Source: an uncultured delta proteobacterium (GTDB lineage: Bacteria; Myxococcota_A; Polyangia; Polyangiales; B10-G4). From it: a stretch of DNA of 64,000 bases. Below the pieces are notes generated by a model, which saw only the letters and a list, made by a program, of their open reading frames with translations, was not told the origin of the DNA and did not search any database. This document shows, piece after piece, positions 10,781 through 19,923 of the stretch (its first letter is position 1; each line of letters starts with the position of its first letter). Location of the stretch: NCBI GenBank assembly GCA_963727445.1, contig CAVSGI010000010.1, forward strand, positions 1,408,001 to 1,472,000, given 5' to 3'. Both the position numbers and the translations under genes were made by a program.

Positions 10781-13174
10781 TCAGCGCCCGAGCATGCGCC
10801 GCCAGAGCGCCACGTTCTGCCGGTGTCGCGCCGCGAGCGGCTCGAGGATGGCGGCGATGGACTCGTGCCCGCGAACCGCATCCCACGACGGGTTGTCCCA
10901 GAACCACGGATAGTTCTCGTTGCCGAGATAGATCGCACGACGCAGCCAAGCCGATGCTTCGTCCACGTCGCCGGCGACAGCGTGATACGTGGCGACGCGA
11001 TAGGCGGTCTCGGGGTCGCAATCCGCCGCCGCACGCACGCTCTCGCCGATGCACGCGGCCGCGCCCTTTCGGTCGCCGAGCGCCAGGCGACACATGGCGA
11101 GGGTGGGGTGGGCGATGCGGAGGTTGGGCTCGTCGCTGACCACCGTTTCGAGGATCTGAGCCGCCTCGGCGTAGCGCTCTTGCCGGAGGCGCAGATAACC
11201 GAGCGTGTTGCGCAGCAGCGGATGGCTCGGTGAGAGGGCGAGCCCCTGCTCGGCCTCCTCCACCGCAGCATCGATCTCACCGCGGTAGTGCAGGATGCGC
11301 GCGCGGTGATTGTAGACGACGTGCGCGTCGTGCGGGTTGAGCGAGAGCGCCGCGTCGAGCTGCCGTTGCGCTTCGCCGTAGACGCCGTCGAGCCGGAGCA
11401 GCGTGGCGGCGACCAGCCGGACGTCGAAGCTGTCGGCCGCCGTCTCGAGGAGGTGATGAACCGCGTGCTGCGCGCTGGACTTTTCGCCGAGCGACAGGAA
11501 GGTGAAGACGCGGAACACCTTGGCTTCGAGACCGCGCGGATCGATCGCTAGAGCCTCTTCGAAGGCGTCGCGGGCGGCGTCGAGGGAGCGCGAGTCCCCG
11601 AATCCGTTGCGCGCGTACTGGAGGTGCGCGACGCCGAGGCCCGAGCGCGCCGGGGCATAGCGGGGCGCCGCGGCCGTCACCTCCTCGAGGAGCTGGCGCG
11701 CGTCGTCGAGCTCCGCGCGCCGCCGCGTTCGCAGCATGAAGCTCGAGAGCTTCGCCCGGGCGCGGATGTACTTCTGTGAGAGCTCGGGTGAAAGGGCGCG
11801 CGTCGGCTCTGTCGCGGGCTCGGGGGCGAGGTCGCCCGAGCCTCTGAGCGACGCGAAGACCTCCTCGGTCACCGACGTCTGAAGCGCCGCGACGTCGAGC
11901 CGTTCACTCGCGAGGGTGTCTCCTGCTGTCACCGTCCCGGCCGCGATGTCGAGGAGCTGCCAGCTGAGCGCGAGCTGGTCGGCGCCGCGGGTCAGGCTCC
12001 CGCTGAGTAGATGGGTGACCCCGAGGCTCTTGCCCGCCTCGACGGGATCGCTCGGCAGCGACGTCATCGCCAGGAGCGACCCCGAGGGCCGCACCGATAT
12101 GCCGCCCAGGCGCGAGAGGCGGCCCGCGATGGCGTCGGCGATGGCGAAGCCGAAGTCGGGACCGGGCGCGGCCGCGCCCTCGCGCACGTCGCGGAAGGGC
12201 AGGACGGCGAGAGACAGCGCCGGCGCCTCGGGCTCGGCGCGATGAACCAACTCCACCAGCGCGCGCACCAGACGACCGGCCTTGGCGCCCGAAGCGGGGC
12301 TCGGCGCGGACGGCGCCACGGTGATGGCGCTCCCGTCGAGGGACAGACCGCGCATCACGGTCTTGAGCGCGTCACGGACCGACGCCGCCGAGTCCTGGCG
12401 CTCCTGCGGGCTCTTGGCGAGCGCACGCATCACGATCGCGCCGAGCTCTTCGGGGAGGTCGGGGCGGACGGTGTCGGCGGGCGTAGGCGTGGCGAACTGG
12501 ATCGAACGCGCGATCAGGCTCGGGTCCCCCGACGTGTCGAAGGGATGGCGACCGGTCAGCATCTTGTAGAGGATGACGCCCAGCGCGAAGACGTCGCTTC
12601 GTTCGCTCGAAGGCCTGCCGACGAACTGTTCCGGCGCCATGTAGCCGACGGTCCCGGCGGGCCCCGACGGCGTGGAGGTCACCGAAGCATCACCGCTCGA
12701 CGCGTCGTCACCGCGCCGCACGGCGAGGCCGAAGTCGAGGATCTTCACCATGCCGCCCTCGGACACCATCACGTTGGAGGGCTTGAGGTCGCGGTGCACG
12801 ATACCCAGCGCGTGCGCGGCAGCGAGCCCCTCGGCGATCTGCAGGCCCACGGAGAGCGCGAGCGGGATCGAGAGCGGTCCGCCGTCGACCAGCTCCGAGA
12901 GCGGCCGGCCCGGCACGTACTGCATCACGAGAAAGGCGCGGTCTCCCTCCTCGGACGCTTCGTAGATCGCGCACACGTTGGGGTGGTCGATCGCGGAAGC
13001 CAGACGGGCCTCGCGCAACAGCCGCGCTTTCGCCGCGTCGCCGGAGGCCTTGAGGGTCTTGAGGACCACGGAGCGCAGCAGATGCGTGTCGTAGGCGTGC
13101 TCGGCGACGCCGTGAGCGCCGGCGGACAGGCGCCGGATCACCTCGTACCGTCCACCACCACGCCGCGTGCTCAC
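10781..13174 (-). CDS. Hanks-type Ser/Thr protein kinase with TolB-N-like domain and TPR repeats
   Basis: HPNV, HRDLKPSN, DFG and GTVGYMAPEQ kinase motifs; SLAVLPFRD domain; C-terminal TPR-like helices. Confidence 0.92.
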   Translation of the reverse strand: MSTRRGGGRYEVIRRLSAGAHGVAEHAYDTHLLRSVVLKTLKASGDAAKARLLREARLASAIDHPNVCAIYEASEEGDRAFLVMQYVPGRPLSELVDGGPLSIPLALSVGLQIAEGLAAAHALGIVHRDLKPSNVMVSEGGMVKILDFGLAVRRGDDASSGDASVTSTPSGPAGTVGYMAPEQFVGRPSSERSDVFALGVILYKMLTGRHPFDTSGDPSLIARSIQFATPTPADTVRPDLPEELGAIVMRALAKSPQERQDSAASVRDALKTVMRGLSLDGSAITVAPSAPSPASGAKAGRLVRALVELVHRAEPEAPALSLAVLPFRDVREGAAAPGPDFGFAIADAIAGRLSRLGGISVRPSGSLLAMTSLPSDPVEAGKSLGVTHLLSGSLTRGADQLALSWQLLDIAAGTVTAGDTLASERLDVAALQTSVTEEVFASLRGSGDLAPEPATEPTRALSPELSQKYIRARAKLSSFMLRTRRRAELDDARQLLEEVTAAAPRYAPARSGLGVAHLQYARNGFGDSRSLDAARDAFEEALAIDPRGLEAKVFRVFTFLSLGEKSSAQHAVHHLLETAADSFDVRLVAATLLRLDGVYGEAQRQLDAALSLNPHDAHVVYNHRARILHYRGEIDAAVEEAEQGLALSPSHPLLRNTLGYLRLRQERYAEAAQILETVVSDEPNLRIAHPTLAMCRLALGDRKGAAACIGESVRAAADCDPETAYRVATYHAVAGDVDEASAWLRRAIYLGNENYPWFWDNPSWDAVRGHESIAAILEPLAARHRQNVALWRRMLGR

Positions 13175-13208
13175 GTCGCCGACTCTACGCGATCCTCGGA
13201 GCCGATGC

Positions 13209-14612
13209 TCAAGAGGCTTTGAGCCGAACCGGCAGAACGCAAACCGGATGCTCCGCCATCAGCTCGTCGCCACGGCGCACCTGTACCGACCAACGCACCG
13301 AGTGTCGTCCGTCGACGAGCGTCGGCATCTCGTCCGCCGGGAGATCCAGCCAAGCTTCGAGCCTTCCCTCGCCTCGGGGGGAGAGCTGCGCCGGAATGCG
13401 CCGCACGATGTCGCGCGCCGGGGCGGTGACGTCCGCAGAGGTCGCGCGCTCGTGCCGGACCAACTCGGCGCGGTAGTGGGTGCCGTCCGCCTCGGGAACG
13501 CGAACGCGGATGTGTACGGCGTCGGCGAGGGCAACGGCCGCCGACACGCGCATCCGAACGCGGCACCGTTCGAAAGGCGCGTCGCGCTCGTCACGGCGCG
13601 GCCGGAAGTGCTCCCACGCCATGAGCGAGATGATCGCGGCAGCGAGGGTCACCACCGGACCGGCGCCTGGCGGCATCGGGAGGAGCAGCGCGAGGGCGAT
13701 GCCGAGCGCGAAGATCGAAGCCGAGCCCAGCACCGCGAATCGCTCACGACGTCGCGCGCCCGGCAGAACGTGCATCCCCTCGGCCCACAAGCGCGACAAG
13801 GACTTTCCGAGGTGTCGCTCGGTCAGGAGATCGGGCACGTCGCCCGGCAACAGCCCGTCGAAGAGGCCGCGCGCCGGCGTCTCGGGCGGGGACGCGTCGC
13901 GGTAGCCGCCGACGCGCGTCTGCGGGCGCCGCGCATGGATGGTGCGTGGCTCCACCGAGAGCTCGGTTCCCACCGACGCGCTCTCACCGCGGCGGTAGGC
14001 GATCGCCGCCTCGACGCGATGGGACACGCCCACCAGCTCTCCGCGGCCGGAGATGGGGTGACGGGGCGCGGTCAACACGAAACGACCATCCTCACCGACG
14101 CGAACCCGCGGACCGAGGATCTCACGCCGGGGGCCACCGCCGACGGGCTCGATGGAGGATCGGACGCGCACGTGCGCGTCGCGTACCGCGCGAGCGGCGG
14201 ACAAGACCAGGCGTCCCCGTATCGGCGTGCCCGCTTCGACCGAAGCGCGACCGAGCACCACCTGCGGCGGCATCTCGACGACTGGAAAGACGCTCGGCTC
14301 GAGGAGGCTTCGCTCGTACGAGCCGTCGAGCTCGAGGCCGCAGCGCCGACAGCGCGGCTTCTGCGACGACAGCCCGAGGATGGGCCCGGCGGCCGACGCG
14401 AAGATCATCATCAACGGCAGTGAGAACATGTAGTCCCACATGAAGAACGGATAGATCACCGCCCAGGTGAAGAGGCCGAGGATCCAGGCCGCGCGAATCG
14501 CTTTCCATCCGCGCCAGGGATCGGCGGTGCGCACCTCGCGCTCGCATCGTGGGCAGTGGCGACCGGCCTTCTCATCATGAAGCGTCCGATCCTCCCTACT
14601 GCCGTATGCCAC
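13209..14612 (-). CDS. Membrane protein: CxxC-hydrophobic hairpin-CxxC Zn module plus two arrestin/Spo0M-like beta-sandwiches separated by a TM pair
   Basis: HCPRC...2 hydrophobic segments...CRRC; FVLTAPRHPISGRGELVGVSHRVEA; LDLPADEMPTLVDGRHSVRWSVQV. Start uncertain (GTG 14612). Confidence 0.6.
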   Translation of the reverse strand: MAYGSREDRTLHDEKAGRHCPRCEREVRTADPWRGWKAIRAAWILGLFTWAVIYPFFMWDYMFSLPLMMIFASAAGPILGLSSQKPRCRRCGLELDGSYERSLLEPSVFPVVEMPPQVVLGRASVEAGTPIRGRLVLSAARAVRDAHVRVRSSIEPVGGGPRREILGPRVRVGEDGRFVLTAPRHPISGRGELVGVSHRVEAAIAYRRGESASVGTELSVEPRTIHARRPQTRVGGYRDASPPETPARGLFDGLLPGDVPDLLTERHLGKSLSRLWAEGMHVLPGARRRERFAVLGSASIFALGIALALLLPMPPGAGPVVTLAAAIISLMAWEHFRPRRDERDAPFERCRVRMRVSAAVALADAVHIRVRVPEADGTHYRAELVRHERATSADVTAPARDIVRRIPAQLSPRGEGRLEAWLDLPADEMPTLVDGRHSVRWSVQVRRGDELMAEHPVCVLPVRLKAS

Positions 14613-14682
14613 TACACCAAGCTTGAAACGACCCCACCCGCGCGGCAAGCCGAGGTAGGGTGCACGCCGAAGGCCGTCGCGC

Positions 14683-16041
14683 GTGGACGAGGAAAAGGTG
14701 TCGATCCCCCGGCGGCTCTTCGAGCTCGCCTGGCCCATCATCGGGCTCAACGTCCTCAACGTCCTGTCGCTGGCGGTGGACACCGCGATGGTCGGACGCC
14801 TCCCTCACCCGGAGCAGGCGCTCGCCGGGCTGAGCTACGCGACCCAGATCATCTTCCTTCTGATGGTGGCGATGATGGGCCTGACCATCGGCGCCGTCGC
14901 TACCGTCTCTCGCGCGCACGGCACCGGGGACGAGGCGCGCGTCAACCACATCCTGCTCCAGTCGACGCAGCTCACGGTGTTGCTCGCCGTCGGCGTCGCC
15001 ATCGCCGGCAACCTCCTCGCCGAAGAGATGCTGCGCGCCCTCGGTGCGACGGACGCGACGCTGGCCCAGGGCCTCGCATACCTGCGCCCGCTCCTCACCT
15101 TCGCCGTCTTCTACTATCTGAACGTCTTGTACGCCGCGGTGCTCCGCGGCGTGGGCAACACCCGCCTGCCCTTCCTGATCGCGCTCGGCTCCAACGCCCT
15201 CAACTTCTGCATCAACTACGTCTTGATCCTCGGCCACTTCGGTGCGCCACGCCTCGGCGTGCAGGGCGCCGCGATCGGCACCGTCGTCTCCTACGCGGCC
15301 GCGTCGCTCACGATGATGTTGCTGCTGCGCCGGGGAACGGTGGCGGGGGTCGTCCTTCGGCTCTCGCCGACCTCGGTCGACCGCGACCTCGCGCGCCAGC
15401 TGATCAAGGTCGGCGCGCCGGCAGCGGCGGACATGGTGATCCTCAACATCGGCTTCCTGTCGATCGTCGGCATGCTCGGGCGCATCGATCAGGCAGCGGT
15501 GGCTGCACACGGCATCGGCCTGCGCATCCAGGCGCTGGCCTTCGTCCCGGGTCTGAGCGTCTCTCAGGCGACGGCCGCCATGGTGGGCAAGGCGCTCGGC
15601 GCCCGCGACGAAGACGAGGCGCGCGCCGTGGTCAAAGCGTCCGTCATCCTCTGCACCGCGATCATGACCACCCTCGCCGTGTCGATCATCGCCGGCGGAA
15701 CGCAGATCGTCCGCGTCTTCGACGTGCCGCAAGGTAGCGACCTCGAGCGGCTGGCCCTCACCTGGATTCAGCTACTCGGCAGCGGCATGCCCATCATCGG
15801 CATCAACATCGGCTTCATCGGGATGTTCCGCGGCTCCGGGGACACCAACACCAGCCTGATGATCAACGTCTTCGCCACCCTGCTGGTCCAGGTCCCCCTC
15901 AGCTGGCTGCTGGGCTTCGGCCTGGGCCTCGGGGCCTTCGGCGTCTGGCTCGCCTTCCCCCTGAGCTTCGTGATCAAGGCCAGCGCCGCCTGGTTCTTCT
16001 ACCTGCGCGGCCGCTGGGCCAAGCTCGGCGCTCGTGTCTGA
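14683..16041 (+). CDS. MATE family efflux transporter
   Basis: About 12 TM helices; ELAWPII, VDTAMVGRL, LRGVGNTRLP, LGVQGAAIGT, FRGSGDT. Confidence 0.95.
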   Translation: MDEEKVSIPRRLFELAWPIIGLNVLNVLSLAVDTAMVGRLPHPEQALAGLSYATQIIFLLMVAMMGLTIGAVATVSRAHGTGDEARVNHILLQSTQLTVLLAVGVAIAGNLLAEEMLRALGATDATLAQGLAYLRPLLTFAVFYYLNVLYAAVLRGVGNTRLPFLIALGSNALNFCINYVLILGHFGAPRLGVQGAAIGTVVSYAAASLTMMLLLRRGTVAGVVLRLSPTSVDRDLARQLIKVGAPAAADMVILNIGFLSIVGMLGRIDQAAVAAHGIGLRIQALAFVPGLSVSQATAAMVGKALGARDEDEARAVVKASVILCTAIMTTLAVSIIAGGTQIVRVFDVPQGSDLERLALTWIQLLGSGMPIIGINIGFIGMFRGSGDTNTSLMINVFATLLVQVPLSWLLGFGLGLGAFGVWLAFPLSFVIKASAAWFFYLRGRWAKLGARV

Positions 16042-16749
16042 AGGCGGGAGCGGCGAGGCGCCCACGAAGGCGAGCACGGCGTCGAGCGCGGAGACGTGCG
16101 CCAGGCGCGAGCGGAGATAGGAAGGGCTGAGCTGCTCGAGACGCGCGATGGCGCGCGCCGCGATGCTCTCCACGTGATAGACGCCGGCGCCCTCGGGCAT
16201 CCGGCCGAGCTCGCGCACCACGGTCTGGCGCGCCGTGGCCGCATCGTAGCGGCGCCGGTAGAGGAGCTCGGAGAGCTCGAGGAGCTCCACGTCGCTCTGC
16301 CTGGCGAGCGCAGCCGCGCCCTCGCCGCGGCGCGGCCGCGCCGTCGCGAGCTTGCGACGTGCAGCCGCCTCCACCAGGCGCTCGCGCACCTTCGCCGCGC
16401 GCCGCCGCCCGGGATGCGCGCGCGGCCGATGCCGAGCGGCGGCCAGCGCCACCGCGAAGGTGTCGCCCGCTTCGAAGGCGCGGGTCAGGCGACCGTCGAC
16501 GTCCTCACCGTCGGCGACAAGCACGTCGAGCTGCGCCGCCGCGCGATCCCGCGCGGCGACGAAACGCTGCTCGAGCTCGGCGATGCGCTTCTCAGCTGTC
16601 TCCCGGAGACGCTCCGCCGCGCCTTCGGGCGCGTCTTCGGCGCGCGCGAGGAGGCGCTCGACCATCGTGAGCGCGGGCGCGTCGAAGAGCCGCGCCCCCT
16701 CTCCTTCGAGGTGACGGAGGCGCTCTGTCAGATGTGCGAGGGTCGTCAT
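15772..16749 (-). CDS. zorG: DUF2894-like protein (ZorG of Zorya type III-like operon); conserved part ends near 16060
   Basis: N-terminal GARLFDAP..VERLLARA and C-terminal PEGAGVYHVESIAARAIARLEQLSPSYLRSRLAHVSAL resemble the DUF2894 consensus as I recall it (P.NAGP.NS..LV.R.L..M..LSP.YL..F..YVD.L). The ORF overlaps the MATE 3' end antisense by 270 bp. Confidence 0.75.
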   Translation of the reverse strand: MTTLAHLTERLRHLEGEGARLFDAPALTMVERLLARAEDAPEGAAERLRETAEKRIAELEQRFVAARDRAAAQLDVLVADGEDVDGRLTRAFEAGDTFAVALAAARHRPRAHPGRRRAAKVRERLVEAAARRKLATARPRRGEGAAALARQSDVELLELSELLYRRRYDAATARQTVVRELGRMPEGAGVYHVESIAARAIARLEQLSPSYLRSRLAHVSALDAVLAFVGASPLPPSDTSAELGPAAAQVEEPGGAGLDHEAQGEGEPDAEGPEAQAEAQQPAEGDLDQQGGEDVDHQAGVGVPGAAEHPDEADVDADDGHAAAE

Positions 16750-16768
16750 CGTTCGCTCGCGCCGAGGC

Positions 16769-19021
16769 TCAGGCAGGGGCCGCGGCCGCGCCGCGCTCCG
16801 CCGCCTGGTTCAGCTGCTCGAAGAGCTCTTGCTGAAAGCCGAGCTGCTGATCGAAGAGCTCGTGGGTCCGGGCCAGGTAGTTGCCGAGGACATCCACCGC
16901 CGCGTGCTCGCCGGCGTCGACCACCGCCTGATCGATCTTGCCGAGGCTCTCGATCCAGGTGTTCGCGGCTTCGCGCTGCTTGTCGACCGCGCCCGCGAAC
17001 ATCTCGGCGACCGCCGCCATCTCGCCGCCGCCGGCGTGCACCAGGCTCGCGGCCTCGCGCACCAGGCCCGCGGTCTCGCGCAGGGTCTCGTCGATGCCCT
17101 TGGCGTGCTCCGACAGATGCGCCGCGAGGGCCTCCGTCCCCGCGCGCTGGCGGTCGGCGAGCTCCTCCTCGAAGACCGCGAGACGCTTCTGCTGCGCCTC
17201 GGCTGCAGCCTCGAATCGGAGGGCGAGATCCGCGATGCGGCTCGCGCCCCGCGTCTCGGCCTCCTCCACGCGGCGGTCGGCTGCCTGCGCGAAGGCCTCG
17301 AGGGCCGCACACTGCGCGGCGGTCGCTTGCGTCATCGCTTCGCCCGCCTGGCCGAAGCGCTCCACCAGCTTCGCGCTCTCTGCCGAGTGGACCTCGCCCG
17401 CGGCCGAGATCTTCTCGAGCAGCTCGGCGTTCAGCGCCTTCTGCGCATCGTTCGCGGCGCTGATCCTCTCGATCAGCTCTGCGGCACGGGCGCTCTGGGC
17501 CTCTTCCGCGGACGCGCTCGCCTCGAGGCGCTCCCGCACCAGGGTGCTCGCCGCGCCGAGGTCGGCCCTGACGCGCTCGGTCAGCGCCCCCAGATTCGCG
17601 GAGACGTTGTCGCTCACGCTGCCGAGGTTCGTCGAGACGCTGTCGGACATGCTGTCGAGGCTCGTCGACACGTTCTCGGTCACCGTTCCCAGGCTCGTCG
17701 ACACGCGCTCGGTCACCGTTCCCAGGCTCGTCGACACGCGCTCGGTCAGCGAATCCATGCTCGTCGACACGTTCTCGGTCACCGCGCCGAGGCTCGTCGA
17801 GACGGTCTCGGTCACCGCGCCGAGGCTCGTCGAGACGGTCTCGCTCAGCGAATCCATGCTCGTCGACACGTTCTCGGTCACCGCACCGAGGCTCGTCGAG
17901 ACGGTGTCGCTCAGCGAATCCATGCTCGTCGACAGGCGCTCGGTGAGCGCGCCGAGGTCCTTCGACATCCGCTCGGTGAGCGCGCCGAGGTTCTGCTCGA
18001 CCTGCTCGGCGAGCGCGTGCGTCCGCTCGCTCCGCGCCTCGTCGTGCTCCGCGACCTTCGCGAGCGAGGTGCGCACCGTCTCGGAGAGCGACTCGATGTG
18101 CTCGCCCAGGTGGGCGGAGCGCTCGGCAGTCTCCTTCGAGAGCTCGGCGAAGCGGGCGGCGCGCGCGTCCTCGGTCGCGGCCATCTTCTCGGTCATCGTC
18201 TGCCACTGGGCAGCGAGCTCCTCGGCGCGCGTCGCCTCGGCCTCGCGGATCTGTCGCGCGTGGGCCTCGAAGGCGATGAGCAGGCGCCCATCGGCGTCGG
18301 CGCGACGCTCGAGCTGCTGGTCGAGGCGGGAGGCGACCTCCTTGAGGTGGCCGTCGAGGGTCTCGACCGCCACCGCCTGCACGCGGCGCCGCTCGGCGGC
18401 ATCGGTCTCGATGGAGTTGCGGATCTCGGCGAGATGCGCCGTGGCGGCTTCGGTCGCCTTCTGCATCGCGTCGGCGGCGACGGGCGCCACCGCCTCCTGG
18501 GCCGCCTTCGCGGCCTTGGCCACGCCCTTCTCCATGTCCTCGCGGATCCGATCGGCGGTGTGGCGGAGCACCCGGCCAATCTCCTCGCGGTCCTTTTCGG
18601 CGGAGGCGCTCGAGGCGTCGCTCAGTCGCTCGAAGGTGCGCTGCGCTTCGGAGACCGCGGCGCCGATGCTGGCGCTGGTGCTCTCGGCGCTCTCGCCGAT
18701 CACCCGGCGCGTCTCGTGAATCGTCTCGGCGTGGGCCTCGCCCAGGCTCGTCTCGAGCTGGCGGAGCCGCTCGACGGCGCTCGCGAGCGCATCGGCGGCC
18801 TCGGGCAGCGCGCGCCCCTGGTCGGCCAGGCTCTCGAGGGCCGCGAGGTTCCTCTCTCGCGCGGGACGCGCGAGCGCCTCCGCCACTGCGACAACGATGG
18901 CGATGGCCAGGCCGCAGAAGATCGCCGGAGCGACTGCATCGGCGCCGAGCCAGAGAGCTCCCACGAGAGCGGTGATGGCGAAGGCGACCGCGCCCATGCC
19001 GACGATTGCATTTCGATTCAT
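16769..19021 (-). CDS. zorA: DUF802-like ZorA homologue: N-terminal TM hairpin plus ~690-aa coiled-coil tail, lacking a MotA/ExbB-type channel segment
   Basis: C-terminus GGGEMAAVAEMFAGAVDKQREAANTWIESLGKIDQAV...LGNYLARTHELFDQQLGFQQELFEQL resembles the DUF802-protein C-terminus. Only two hydrophobic helices, both in the first ~50 aa. ATGA overlap with the upstream gene. Confidence 0.75.
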   Translation of the reverse strand: MNRNAIVGMGAVAFAITALVGALWLGADAVAPAIFCGLAIAIVVAVAEALARPARERNLAALESLADQGRALPEAADALASAVERLRQLETSLGEAHAETIHETRRVIGESAESTSASIGAAVSEAQRTFERLSDASSASAEKDREEIGRVLRHTADRIREDMEKGVAKAAKAAQEAVAPVAADAMQKATEAATAHLAEIRNSIETDAAERRRVQAVAVETLDGHLKEVASRLDQQLERRADADGRLLIAFEAHARQIREAEATRAEELAAQWQTMTEKMAATEDARAARFAELSKETAERSAHLGEHIESLSETVRTSLAKVAEHDEARSERTHALAEQVEQNLGALTERMSKDLGALTERLSTSMDSLSDTVSTSLGAVTENVSTSMDSLSETVSTSLGAVTETVSTSLGAVTENVSTSMDSLTERVSTSLGTVTERVSTSLGTVTENVSTSLDSMSDSVSTNLGSVSDNVSANLGALTERVRADLGAASTLVRERLEASASAEEAQSARAAELIERISAANDAQKALNAELLEKISAAGEVHSAESAKLVERFGQAGEAMTQATAAQCAALEAFAQAADRRVEEAETRGASRIADLALRFEAAAEAQQKRLAVFEEELADRQRAGTEALAAHLSEHAKGIDETLRETAGLVREAASLVHAGGGEMAAVAEMFAGAVDKQREAANTWIESLGKIDQAVVDAGEHAAVDVLGNYLARTHELFDQQLGFQQELFEQLNQAAERGAAAAPA
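17561..17989 (-). repeat. Intragenic tandem repeat, 13 x 33 bp, encoding 11-aa units (LGAVTENVSTS / MDSLSETVSTS)
   Basis: 429 bp = 13 x 33, with near-identical DNA units such as GGCTCGTCGACACGTTCTCGGTCACCG. Confidence 0.95.
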
Positions 19022-19854
19022 TGGTTACCTCTGGACGCGATCTCACACGCCGCGTCGACGAGCTGGGTGAGGAGCTCCGCGTCTCGATCGTACAGAGCGA
19101 GCGCGAGCGCCTCGGCATCGCGCACGTGGGCGCGGATGAAGCCATCCTCGGCGAGCCATCCCTCGGCGGCGGCGACGACCGCGGGGTCGTCAATCGGTCC
19201 ATCGGGGAGCGCCTCGGCGGCGTGGATGAAAGCGGCCTCGAAGGACTCTTCGAGACGCTCCGTGAGTTGGTCCATGAGCTCGCGCGTGCCGACCAGGAGC
19301 GCGCGGGAGAGCGCGGCATCGATACGCTCGATCTCCGTGGCCTCGGGTCCGAGGCGTTGGATCTCGGGGGTCAGGTCGTCGCGCAGGAAGACCAGCTCCG
19401 CGCGCGCCGTCCGGAGCGCGCGCCCGAAGCGCTGACCGTGCGCGTAGGAGCACGCCTTCGCCACGCGCGCGAGCGTCTTCTTCGTGCCTTTCGGCCGCGC
19501 GCCATTCGCCTCGAGGGTCTTCAGGAGCTCCGCGGCGTTTGGCAGCCGGTCGGTGCCGTCGAAGGCGGTTTCATAACGCCGGAGGATCTGATTTCGAATG
19601 GCGCGGATGCGGAGGGTGAGGCGCTCGCGAAAGACGAGGGTCTGCTCGAGAACCGTCTCGAGATCCTGCGGCGTCTCACCCGAAACCCCCGTATCGAGGA
19701 GGTCGCTGAGCCAGATGCTCCCGTTGATCTCGAAGCGGCCGCCGAGGGCTTCGGCGGGCCCCCGCCGCTCGATCTCGGCCGGTGCCCAATGCGCCGCACC
19801 CGCCAGTCGCGACAGCGGCGCCTCCACCGTCTTCACTCTCCGAGGTGTACGCAT
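19018..19854 (-). CDS. zorF: DUF3348-like protein (ZorF of Zorya type III-like operon)
   Basis: PLSRLAG...AEALGGRFEINGSIWLSDLLD, IQRLGPEATEIERIDAALSRAL...ERLEESF and a C-terminal W...LTQLVDA match the pattern I recall for DUF3348. First gene before the DUF802-like and DUF2894-like genes. Confidence 0.7.
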   Translation of the reverse strand: MRTPRRVKTVEAPLSRLAGAAHWAPAEIERRGPAEALGGRFEINGSIWLSDLLDTGVSGETPQDLETVLEQTLVFRERLTLRIRAIRNQILRRYETAFDGTDRLPNAAELLKTLEANGARPKGTKKTLARVAKACSYAHGQRFGRALRTARAELVFLRDDLTPEIQRLGPEATEIERIDAALSRALLVGTRELMDQLTERLEESFEAAFIHAAEALPDGPIDDPAVVAAAEGWLAEDGFIRAHVRDAEALALALYDRDAELLTQLVDAACEIASRGNQ

Positions 19855-19905
19855 GATGAACGGGCGTTTTTACTTGGAGATCCGGGGCCACGCAAGGAGT
19901 GAAAT

Positions 19906-19923
19906 GACACTACGTGTAGTGTC
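19906..19923. promoter_or_regulatory. Inverted repeat GACACTAC-gt-GTAGTGTC upstream of the zorF-like gene (NrdR-box-like operator candidate)
   Basis: 8-bp perfect arms in a lower-GC intergenic region, 52 bp before the zorF start. Confidence 0.55.

Noticed and set aside
17561..17989. 33-bp repeats as a CRISPR array
   Set aside because: The units are contiguous with no unique spacers, stay in frame within a CDS, and there are no cas genes.
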